Assembly (NCBI RefSeq): GCF_009914755.1
Contig: NC_060933.1
DNA from: the human T2T-CHM13v2.0 reference genome, Homo sapiens
DNA length: 64,000 nt
Direction: 5' to 3' (one strand)
Shown here: piece by piece, positions 40,701-51,519 of the stretch
Numbering within the stretch: the first letter of the stretch is position 1
How the letters are laid out: the number at the start of each line of letters is the position of its first letter
Translations under genes and position numbers: made by a program
The notes under the pieces: model-generated
Databases searched by the model: none
Told to the model about the DNA's origin: nothing
The model's input: only the letters and a program-made list of their open reading frames with translations

Positions 40701-40748
<48 letters not shown>
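40701..40748. repeat. (TG)24 microsatellite
   Basis: Directly visible. Confidence 0.97.
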
Positions 40749-40752
<4 letters not shown>

Positions 40753-41965
40753 CCAACAGGAGAAGAGCTGAGGCAGAAATCCATATTCAAAAGTGTGTGT
40801 GCATGTGTGTGCCCAATTCATGCTTTATTACAAACTGGGAACTATAATGATTGGGGACCTATGGTTTCCCCCAATGTCTTGTGCAGACACAGAGCTCTGC
40901 CGCTCAGATCTCCAGCTACATGGATTGTGGTTCATTGATGGTGTTAATTCTTTCAGGGTCCACCTCAGCTTTCCAGCTCTTGGGAAGGACCCTACTCAAT
41001 GAATGAACAAGACAGTGGTAGCAAAGACACACTCTTTTCAGGGTGGGCTTCTGCAGGGAGTGGTATGACAGCCTAGCTGTTTCTACCCAACATGGAACTC
41101 TTCTATTACGTGACAGAAATCTTTGCTCTACAGCATCCCAGTGGGCTGGCCTCTGTTTGGATGGCATCACAGTCTGATGGCACCCTCTGTCTAATCCAGC
41201 TTCTGCTCTGTTCCTTTCACAGGTGTAACTCTCCAGTGAGCTGTTTACACTCCCAACTCTGTCTCAGTGTCTGCTTCCTGGCTAACCCAACCTTCTGCAG
41301 AGTCTCATACTTCACAGATAACCAAAATAAAACACTAATGCCAATCCACTAGAATACAATAGGTATGGGTTTCTTTCTGAATAGTCTCCAGCACCTAGAA
41401 TGATCACTGACACATAGTATTGGATATGGAGCTCAGTAAACAATTGTTAAATGAATGAATGAAATCCAAACAGATCTTGGCATTTGCTCATGTTGGGATC
41501 AGCTGGGTCTAAAGTAATTCTTCTTCCATCACCCCCTATTTCATTACCTCCTTCTCCTGCCACACCAACATCCAGTCCCCTTTCATCTTTCCTTTCTTTC
41601 CCTTCCTCAATTCCTGAGAACTTATATCAGGCACAGTGCTCTGTGCTCAGAACACCTTCTGCAGTTCTTCCAAACCACCATCTCATCTCCTTTTCGGCTT
41701 TTCTTCTTTCTTTTTCTCAGGAAGCTAGGGGCCATTTACAGCCACCATATCCACCAATCGGGAGCAAATACTGACTCATCCTCTACTCCCATCCTTTCCA
41801 GAGTAGGAGATGGGCTCTACTCTCATACTCCTGAGAGTAGGGAATGTTCCCAAATTGCATCCTAAGTAATTCCAAAGAGCACTGCTGGCCTAACAAGGAG
41901 CTTTTGAAACCTTTAAAATTGTCTTCTAGGTATCAGGCATCCTATTAGGTACTCTGCCCACATTA

Positions 41966-42571
41966 TCTTTTTAAAAAATTGTGGTAAAATAAACATAAAA
42001 TAAAATTTACCTTTTTAACCATTTTGAGTAGTACAATTCAGTGCTTCTAAGTATATTCATAATTTTATGTAAACATCACTACTATCCATCTCCAGAACTT
42101 TTTCATCTCACACAGAAACTGTTTATTTTCAGTAAAAACTTCCCATTCTTCTTTCCCCACAGCCCCTGCTAATCACTGTTCTTTCTGTCTCTATGTACTT
42201 GACTATCCTAGTTACCTCATATAAGAGGAATCATGCTCTGTCCTTTTGAATATCTCTTTTGTGTCTGACTTATTTCAGCACAATATCTTTGAGGTTTATC
42301 CATGTGTTAGCATGTATCAATTTCCCTCTTTTTAAAGCCTGAATTCTATTCCATTGTATGTATATATCTGTATATATCATATTTTGTTATGCACTCATCA
42401 GTTCTTGGGCATTTAGGTTATTTCCACTTTTTGGATATTGTGAACAATGCTTTGAACACTGGTATACTTGTATCAGAATCCTTCCTTTCAAGTCTTTAGA
42501 ATTAAGAGTAGAATTGCTGAATCATATGGTGATTAACTATTTTTAGGAATTGCTTAACTCTTTCCATGTTA
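41966..42571 (-). mobile_element. L1MB-type 3' fragment
   Basis: Contains ttgtggtaaaata, tttaaccatttt, ccatctccagaactttttcat, cctcatataag and gtagaattgctg. Confidence 0.85.
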
Positions 42572-44492
42572 CTAACAAGGAGCCTTTTGGAAATAGGGCT
42601 CCCTGGTCAACACACAGAATCCCCTGATTCCCTCTTGGAGAGTTACAATGCACATTGGCACAGTAAAGGATGTGAGAGGTCCTGAAGCAAAAACACCTAT
42701 GTAACTTTAACTGGCCATTTCTCAAATTAATGTGATTGTAAAACCCTTTGTGCAGAGTAACTGGTAATATACGAGTCCCTGTTGGTTTGGGAAACAATGC
42801 TGTAAGCTCAGTGCCTACATAGGAAGGGCTGTGACCTAGGGCCAGTGGGTCATGGAAGTATTACTCAGAGGAGACAGAGATGGGATTACCTCCAACCCTC
42901 CAGCTAGCCTGTTGGGTGGCTTTCCTTCTCTAGGCAGCTCTGCCCATGTTGTGTTCTCTGCCTGTTATACCTTTCCTCTGCTTCTTTGCTTCTTGAAGTT
43001 CTACTTACGTTTCAGGACAAGCTCAGGCATCCTCATTCCCCTTCCTTCAGGGAACTCTGACCCTGCTCTCCTAACTCCCTAGGCAGGAATTGGGAGCTCC
43101 TCTTCTGCTGAGCCCTTATTATACAGTGTGGCCCTGTTAAATTGCCTGCTTCCTCCGCTATATCAAAGGTGGTCAGCCTTAGTTTGCAATTTTAGTTCAT
43201 ATAAGTAATCACCTGGAGAGTTTATTAAAGATGCAGATGACTCCATCTCACTGAAATTCCAACTCAGTAACTTTGTGGTGTGCATTCAGTAGCAGCTCCA
43301 GAATGTGCATTTTTAACAAGCCTCAGGCAATATTCTCAGGCAGATGATTCTGGTGATCCCCTTTAGCTCTGTGAGGATAAGAGCCAATTCTACCCCTGTT
43401 TATTTAACACATAGTAGGCATGAAACAATGGTGAATGAGTGAGCAAAGGAACAAATGAATGATGAGTGAATGAATGAAATAATCTGTTGCCTCCTCTGAA
43501 AATTGATGAGCTTGGACCAGATGTCCTCTTTTTCTTGGCTTAAACTTCATGTAATTGAGGTTATTTTTACCAAAAATTCTACACTCTTGGCAGCTTTAAT
43601 AACACAATCATATACAATACACAAACTCAAGCACATGAAACAACCAGGGAGATCTGCCGAAGAGGATTTAGTCCAAGCTAATATCCAGTCAATGACCCAG
43701 GACTCATGAATAACCATTATTTTCGAAACTAGTAATGTTATCGCAGGCTGGAGACGCAAAGAGGGCCATACACCCATGCCATGTGAATTCAGTCTCATTC
43801 TCTCCCGTAAGTGTGAGTAGCCAACGGGCACGCCATCAGGGGTGAAAAATCCCTAGGTTTGCCAATTAGGGAGCTAGGCATTATGGGAAACCAGGGTCCA
43901 GGGAGGGGCTTAGGGTGTTTAGCTGCCTTCCTGCGGCATGGAGGGGGCAGACTGTTAGCACCGTCAGGGCGCCCTGACTCTTCTGTGGTCACTTGTCAGT
44001 GGCGTCATTGAATATAAAACCCTTGACTCTCTTTTCTATGAGAACCCTGCAGGTTTTGAGAGGCAGCTTCAGCTTCTCACAAGAGCTGTGGCCCGAGAAA
44101 AATGAAGTCTCCCATTACTTATAACCTTTCAGCATTTCAGAGGAAAAAGGTTGGCGGTGGCTGCCAAGATCCAGCAAATATTTGGTTAGCTTGGAAAGAA
44201 TGGGTGCTCATTTTTCAATTCTCACAGATTTCTCTATGCCCAGTTCTTTTTATTAAAAACTTTAAATCCAGAGTTACAGTCGAATGGCACTGCAGGCTCT
44301 AAGCATTCATCTGTATCCCAGGGAGCAGAATCCAGGATCTAAACAAAGAAAAGTTTAATCAATAGAATTCATGAATTTCCTCTAGGAATAGGACCCAACG
44401 TAGCAGAAGAATAAGCAGAGGGGCTCCTATCCATGGTTTTCTATTAGTGGATATTTCTGGGAAGGACTTTGGAGAATACCCTTTCAATTGAC

Positions 44493-44832
44493 GAGTGTCG
44501 GCAAACTATGGCCCATGGGCCAAATCCTGCCTGCTGCTTTTTTAGTTGAGTTTTGTTTTGGTACAGCCTGTTGAGAAATTTTTAAACTTTCATGTAGAGT
44601 TGAAAAAAATCAAAAGAATATTTCACAAATATCTGAAAATTAGATGAAATTCAAATCTGTTTGTAAATAAGGTTTTATTGGAACACAGCCACATCCATTT
44701 GTTTGCATAATATCTACGGCTGTTCTTGAACTACAGTGGCAGAGTTGAGTAGCTGAGACACAAGACCACATAGCCCCCAAAGCCTAAAATGTGTACTATC
44801 TGGCCCTTTGCAGAAAAAGTTTGCAGAGCCCT
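44493..44832. mobile_element. MER58 (hAT-Charlie)
   Basis: gtcggcaaactatggcccatgggccaaatcc...gttttattggaacacagccac...tctggccctttgcagaaaaagtttgc. Confidence 0.85.
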
Positions 44833-45634
44833 CAAATAAGAAATGTAAGAGTTGCCTCTCACTATTATTTGAACTAAAAACTATAAGATATATATGCAGT
44901 TAACTAATCATAAATCAAACACTTGTATAAGCTAACACTTGAGTCAAGAAATAAAACATTGTCCATCAATCAGCACCCAGAAGTCTTCCATGTGTTCTTT
45001 CTCCTCCACCAGAGCTATGAGCCTTTGTGACATTTTCCTTGCTGTTCTTTGTACTTCTACCACCTAAACTCTGTTTTGCCTGTTTTCAAACTGTATATAA
45101 ACAGAATAACACTGTATATTTGCCTTTGCGTCTGTTTCTTTCTCTCAAATTTGTGAGACTCAGCTCTGAGTTGTGTGTGGCTGTCGTCCTGTCATTTCCT
45201 CTGTTGTCACTTCCATGGCATTTCACTGTTACTTAGGCAAGCTTCATTTGTTCGTTTTACTGTTAGTGGACAGTTGGATCATTTCTCGTTTGGGGCTGTG
45301 GTGAATAACACTGCCATAAACATCTCGTACTTGAGCCATCATTGATTTAAGAGTCTTTAGAAAGTAGTGGAATTGCTGGGCTGTAGGGTATGCGGACTTT
45401 CAACTCTACCACCTGATGCCAATTTTTTCTTTGAAGAGGCTGGACAAAATCACATTCCCACCAGCCACCTCCTTTTAGGAAGCTGAGGAGCTCTTTGTAT
45501 GTTATCAGCACTATTCCTACCTCCACAACCCTGGACCTAATGGTGCCTGCTCTCTGACCTTGAGGGACCAGACAAGGTTCATGGGACCATCGTCCCTTCC
45601 AGTTTGTATCTTCTCTTAAAACAATTCTCAAGTC

Positions 45635-45636
<2 letters not shown>

Positions 45637-45662
<26 letters not shown>
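45637..45662. repeat. Poly(A) run (~26 nt)
   Basis: Directly visible, with no Alu or L1 body recognisable immediately upstream. Confidence 0.95.
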
Positions 45663-45665
<3 letters not shown>

Positions 45666-46134
45666 GCAAGAAAACAGTCAACTTTCTAAGATTGGTCCTT
45701 GAGATGTGATCTCTTTTGGATTCACATGCTTGGCTAGCAGGTAAACCAGATGTGAGAATATTTTGACACATCCCCCCATAGATGGGAGCTGAGGAAGAAA
45801 GCTCATCACAGCCAATGGGACAGGTGGTATTCTAAAGCGTGCACAGTGGACAGGATGAGGAAACCAGGGAAATGGTACCTGCCCCTTTCTCCAGGGAATC
45901 AGATTATATGATCAGGGCATCAGATCATGGGAAGCTGATGCTTGTGTCTTTCTCTGAAGGGTTTGGGAAAACAGGGCTGAAAAGACCCCCTCCTCCAACT
46001 GTCAGCTTGCTGAAACCCCAGCACTGGGAGTACCAAGCACTAGAGGCATTTCTGAAGCATGATGTAGCGCTACTTTGAAAAGGCACAAATAAACCCCAAA
46101 TCCTAGCACACATTTATCCGGTTTGTGAAGCAGA

Positions 46135-46207
46135 TTAATAGAATAACCAATAAAACATGTATAAAAGCTTTAATTAAATCTGATGAAATAAAACTTCATG
46201 TTTTATT
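46135..46207 (-). terminator. GLIS3: GLIS3 distal polyadenylation signals
   Basis: On the minus strand: AATAAA (46207-46202) and ATTAAA (46174-46169), followed by GU/U-rich GTTTTATTGGTTATTC. Confidence 0.75.
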
Positions 46208-49200
46208 TATGGACACTCCCAACATGTAAAGGACTCAGGGAGACATTCATTTTTACTGCCATTTCCTCCTCATATCTATAATTAAATCCAGGCTACAGCT
46301 CTGGCCCAAAGCAATGCAGCATTTTAAAGCTGGACTTGAACATTCCCTCCCGCATCATCTGCCTTTAATTATAATTACCATTCCCAGTATGTAAGAGGCT
46401 GATGGTAAAACAAAACAAAAAAACAAACAAACAAACAATGATGGTTGCCATTGTGTTTTAAACCGACAGGCTGAAGGAGGATTTTAGGCAGGAGGGCGTC
46501 TTCTCTATTTCCAGTTTTATTCTGTACCAAGTGCACAATCCCTTCATTTTACTTTTGACATAAAAAAAGGACTTCATGAACAAGACAAAATAACTTATGA
46601 TTATATGAAACATAACTGTGACAAATCACAAAACTATACATATTAATAGAAAAAAGTGTACCTAATTCTTTAAAAGATTTATGACAATAAGCACCAGATG
46701 TGCCTCTAGAGTAAAATCGGCCCCATATCCAGTATGATATATGCAGTTCATTTCTCTACGTGAGTGTATATAACTATGTACAAGAGTCTGTGTGATTTAT
46801 GGAAAACAGATTTCCACTTTTTTCCCCCAAAGTGCTTTATGTCAGCAACATTACACAGGATACTTTGCTGTCTGTACAAAATAAATCTCTTTTTACACTC
46901 ACTATTTCTCCAATGAGTGCTTTTTTTTTTTTGCTTCATCTGTTGCAAAAAAAAAAAAAAAATAACCGCAGAAATTCCACACCACTAACAAAAAGTGCTA
47001 TTTAAAAATGCTTCCATAAAATGACATGGCCAAGACAGTCAAATAAAATACCAAATAATTAAATTGAAAATGTACAGTTACTATTCCCAATACTTCAAGG
47101 CAACTGGAAAGTCAAGGTTCTCAGATGAGGGAGTTGAATTTATCCTTGCTCAAAATTGGTTTTAGGGGCTACTGTGCTTGACGGCTGGTAATTTAGAAAC
47201 AACTGAACAAAGCCAACACTCTTATCAGTGGTAACTCTGCTGTGATCTACTAAAGACCTTTTTTTTTCTTCTTATTTTATGATCGCTTATGTAATTTGAG
47301 GGCGACATGGGTAATGGGAGATACCCCACAGGACCTGTAAATATTTAAATAATATTTAACAGCTGATCAGAGGCTAAATTACAACTGACATTTTGATGCA
47401 GTTTCGTTAGGGAATTAAGACAATGCAGCCAATGAAATGTCTCTAGGCAGACTGATTTTTTTTTTTAATGCAATAGGATAATTGTCTTTGCGCTGTGTGT
47501 TTTCACAAGCACTAGTTTTGTGTTTTGTTTCTGTTTTTAAGGGGAATGACAATCTCTGTTTGGATATTTATGAAAATGGTTACATATCAAGACTTAAAAA
47601 GACCAGGACATGAAAGGGAATGATTTTTTTGAAGTTTCCACTTGTACTGCTGCAAAAATAATGATGAATATATATATAAATCTTCTGCAGTGTGAAAGTA
47701 AGCAAGGGACAAATTTTAAGGTCAGGAAAGACTCTCGAATCTAAGCATAGTGTGTGTAGTCTGGAAGGCATCTGAACGTGTCCTATCCTGAGGCTGCAAT
47801 CTCAAGCCTGCAGCTATCAGGAAAGACCCACGGTGCAGGAAGCAGGGCTGCACTGGGTCCTGTGGCCAGCATGCTCTCTCTGAGATAAAATGTCCCTCTG
47901 GGGCTCCACATTGATTTCCTGCTGAGGAAGGAGGGCTGCAGGTGCCTCTATTGCTTACGCCCTCTTTAGAGTCCCTCTTGCCCCTGTGAGGTAAGAAAGG
48001 GGCAGGGTTACTGTGAGAGGCCACAGGAAGACTGGAGCCTGGTTCACAAGCAGCTCCTCTCAAAGAGGGAGGTGATGTCCATGGTTTCTAAAGTTGAGCT
48101 TCTGTCTTGTCCTCCTTCCCCCTTTCTATTTTAAATTACATAAAGCCAAAAGGCAGGGCTGACAATGTCAACTGCAATAACAACCTTGCCTTTTCATCTT
48201 TTTTCTCATTGTACAAATGAAATGAAATGTATTTTGAGTTCCTTGTAAAGGCTTCCATATTTAAGTATGAATAGATGGTTTCTCTGAAGATAGCAGAGTT
48301 TTTTTCTTTCCAGAGTATGACAAAGGACGCATGAGGGATGCTACTAGCTGTGAGCATGCATATGTTAGGCCACTTGTTTAGGCCAAGTGACACGACCCAC
48401 AAAGTCTGCAGGAAGGGTGGTACTTTACAAGCAGCCTTGGAGTTCACTTGTAAAGGAAGCCTGGTGTGCATCTTTTGTAAAGCAGAGCAGGTTTTTGTAA
48501 AGTGGCTAACTCATCTCTTTTGCAGACTTTGACGTCTACGTGAAAGCTTTTCTTAGAATACAGCCCACTACTCAGAGAAACTAGATTGACCAAGTGCACT
48601 GTGAAAACAAAACCCACACTTGGTTCTTCATTCACCTCATTCTACTGCATGTTGGAATGAACTCTGGAATCAGGTAGAATACTTCCGCTTGTGGGACTGT
48701 GGAGGGAGACTGGAAGGACCTGTCAGTATACAAACGGTCACAGAATCCCATCTAACATCAAGCTGTTTTAGTTGTCTTGTTGAAGATTGTAATGATCTCA
48801 GTTTGATAAATGGCATTGTTTCACTTTTGTTCAGAAAAACATTTTTAAAAAGTGAGAAAAAATACTTGAAATATGATAGTACCAGAATGTTAGAACTTAC
48901 TGTGTCTTTGGGACTGGCCAATTTTTATAGCTGATGCCCTAGGACTTAGGATCTGTAATAGCTATGTAGAGGTGTCACAGAAAATGACTTCCTATTTAGG
49001 CTTGATATTTTCGACCAAGTGCTATGTGAAAATTCCAGGCCTTCAAACTGGAACTCAGAAAAAGAATTGCCTCTTTCTGTAGACTTTTCGAGAACTGTCA
49101 CCTCTACCTTCCCAAGATGATCAGACAATGGCGGCTGGTGGGGATCTATGAACCACAGTCAGGAAGAGGGTAAGAGGGATGCAAAAAGAGGGTGGAGAGA

Positions 49201-50298
49201 AGTGTAGGGAAGAGACAGACAGATGAGTGGATATCCTGAAAAACGTTAGTAAAATCTGAGCACTGGAAGTCAAGTATCACTAGGTTTGGTTTTCCAAGGG
49301 AAGCTGGCACATGACTCAGTCTGTCCCAGTTCTCACATCTGGCACTTCTCTGGGTGCAGCACCAGAGTGGAGGCAATGGGTAAACCAGTCAAACAACATT
49401 TTTCTTTGAACACAGTCTTTGAGGTGGAGTTACTAAACAGTCAACTCAGGAAGGTTCCAGCTACAGGACTGTTGGTGCGGGAGGTGCCCACTCCATTTCC
49501 CTCAGGTAACCTTTGCTAACTGCAAAACTAACATGCTAGAGGTGGGGCCAGGCAGAACCACAGCTGTGCAAAATGTCTATAGCTGAGGTGATTACAATAA
49601 TAATGATTTCCATCCAAAGCACAGACCTTTACATTTTTTTTTTCATTTTAAAATACGTATAAATAACTAAGTCTTTAAAATGCAAAAACAAGGATAGGCT
49701 GCTGGCATATAAAACCTTATTTTTCTATTGAAGAGAAACACTGAGAAGCAACTGGTTAGCATGTGGCTAAGAGAAAAGGGAAACCCAGGGAGTTTCTAAG
49801 AGTTGAGACCACACTATGCTTTGGACATGGATTTCCCTTGTTGTGCCTGGTTTTGCATCAGGAGCAGCAAGGGTGAGGATTAGGTGAGGCAGGTCACTAT
49901 GCCTCTCGTAATTGAGGTCTTTTTCCCTGTTTGGAGTTTTCAGGTAGAGTCATCCCCAAACTACATTTTCATATGCACATCATTTCACTGGGGTCCTTTA
50001 AGGGTTGACAGCCAGGAAGTAACAGGTATCCAGGAGAGTGAGGCTCTAAATTCCCTTTGAAAAGACAGTCCTCCTGGTCACATAGTCCAGGAAAACCAGA
50101 GAGAAAAAGGAGCAACTGTAATGATTCCTGCAAAGCTAGCTCTGCCATTCAGTCCTGCCTTCTGAAAGAACATCAGTAACTCTGCAGGGCCCGCTGATTG
50201 GGCTGACATCCTTCCTCAAGCAGTCTGTGAGAGTACGAAAACAAAAGGTGGCAAGCAACATCAAGGTCCTGGGTGTGCAGGAGTGGCCAAGAGAGCTT
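46154..50298 (-). other. GLIS3: GLIS3 3'UTR (~4.1 kb; distal end approximate)
   Basis: Follows the stop codon, lacks recognisable interspersed repeats, has an AU/U-rich distal part, and ends at a poly(A)-signal cluster. Confidence 0.8.
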
Positions 50299-50435
50299 TT
50301 AGCCTTCGGTGTAGACAGAGGAGAGCTGGCTAGGACAGCGGTCCACGGTGCTGATCTGCAAGAAGGTAGCATCTTCAGCCCCGCTGCGGAGAGACTCCCC
50401 AAAGAGGCTCGAGGAACTTGAAGGTAAATCATACA
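50299..50435 (-). CDS. GLIS3: GLIS3 terminal exon, coding part
   Basis: Acceptor ttctttctcttccag|TG TAT GAT TTA. With the G from the previous exon it gives VYDLPSSSSSLFGESLRSGAEDATFLQISTVDRCPSQLSSVYTEG-TAA (stop 50301-50299), matching the remembered GLIS3 C-terminus. This frame is absent from the ORF track. Confidence 0.95.
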
Positions 50436-50699
50436 CTGGAAGAGAAAGAACGCAGTTAAGTCAGTAACTCCTGCCCCATGCCACGCCCACTGGAAATGCA
50501 CTACAGTAATGCAGCTCACCAAGTGAGGACTGGGGGCTAAGGAGGCAACCATGCCAGCCTGGGCCCTATAGTGAGTCTCTGTTTCCAGCGACCTTAGTGA
50601 GGGAAGAGGCTGACTTGCAGGCAGCTGGCTAAAATATGACCACACAAAAGACAGGCTGAGAAGAAGTAAAAGAAAAGTGTTCTAGGGAAGGCTGGGGGT

Positions 50700-51230
50700 G
50701 GCCTCAAAAAGGAGCTGGTGTTAAGGTTGAGTCATGAAAGAGAATGGAATTCTCACAGATGAAGAAATAGGGAAAGAACATTCCAGAAGGAGGAAACAAA
50801 GAGCAAAGACAGAGAGGGAGAGGCATGTGGGGTCAAGGGTGCTGGCAAAGCTCAGGTGAAGAGCATGTAGGGAAAAATATGTGTGGGCAGGTGAGCAGAG
50901 CTGGATCAGGCCTAACTTATGGGGGCTTTGAATGCCATGCTGGAGAGTCGAATTTATTCTCTAGGCAATTGGAAACTATTTAATATATTTGAGCAGAAAA
51001 GAGGCATATTTTATCCTTCATTTTGGGGAGGCAATGTTCATGGTAGTATGGAGGGCAGAATGGTAAAGATGAGGAATCAGGTCAGGGAGACTTACTGGAA
51101 GGTTATGGCCATAGTCTGGGAGAGACATGATGGCTCCTGCACCAGGGTGGTGGAAGAAGAGGGGCTGAAGGAGGGCTGGAGGGGAAGGTGGAGATGAGAG
51201 CCATTTCAGGGGTCGTTCAACAGGATTTGA
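50700..51230. mobile_element. L2 LINE fragment in the last GLIS3 intron
   Basis: Purine-rich, with L2-like motifs gaacattccagaaggaggaaaca, aatttattctctaggcaattggaa and atagtctgggagagacatgatgg. Confidence 0.6.
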
Positions 51231-51336
51231 TGCGGTCATGTGCTTGGTCACGTCCAGCCCAGGTCGGTCACGGGCAGCCCACCTGGTCTCTCCTGTCAGT
51301 TGACAGGATTTTCTAAGTCACAGACAACCAACACAC

Positions 51337-51519
51337 CTGTAATGCCCGAGTGAGTCGAGAAGGCTCTGTGGAAAACATCAAAACTGGCCTGGCCCATGGA
51401 TGTAGGGACTAGGCAGTCCTCAAACGAAGGCACCACACTGCAGGAGCTGACAGGCGGCACAATTCTCTGGGAATCGGGGTAGTGTGGGGGACAGAACTTC
51501 TGCAGCTGCCCATAAAATC
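51337..51519 (-). CDS. GLIS3: GLIS3 penultimate coding exon (183 nt, phase 1-1), C-terminal transactivation region with PPHY motif
   Basis: Minus strand reads tgcgtttcag|GA TTT TAT GGG...ATT ACA G|gtgtgt. It translates as (G)FYGQLQKFCPPHYPDSQRIVPPVSSCSVVPSFEDCLVPTSMGQASFDVFHRAFSTHSGIT, recognised as GLIS3. Boundaries are canonical AG/GT and the frame joins the next exon. Confidence 0.95.

Noticed and set aside
45637-45662. Poly(A) run as a processed-pseudogene tail
   Set aside because: No recognisable mRNA-derived body, upstream poly(A) signal or clear TSD.
50136-50645. 169-aa ORF as a separate gene or as the GLIS3 frame
   Set aside because: It starts in the intron, and the true GLIS3 frame is a different one fixed by the phase-1 splice.
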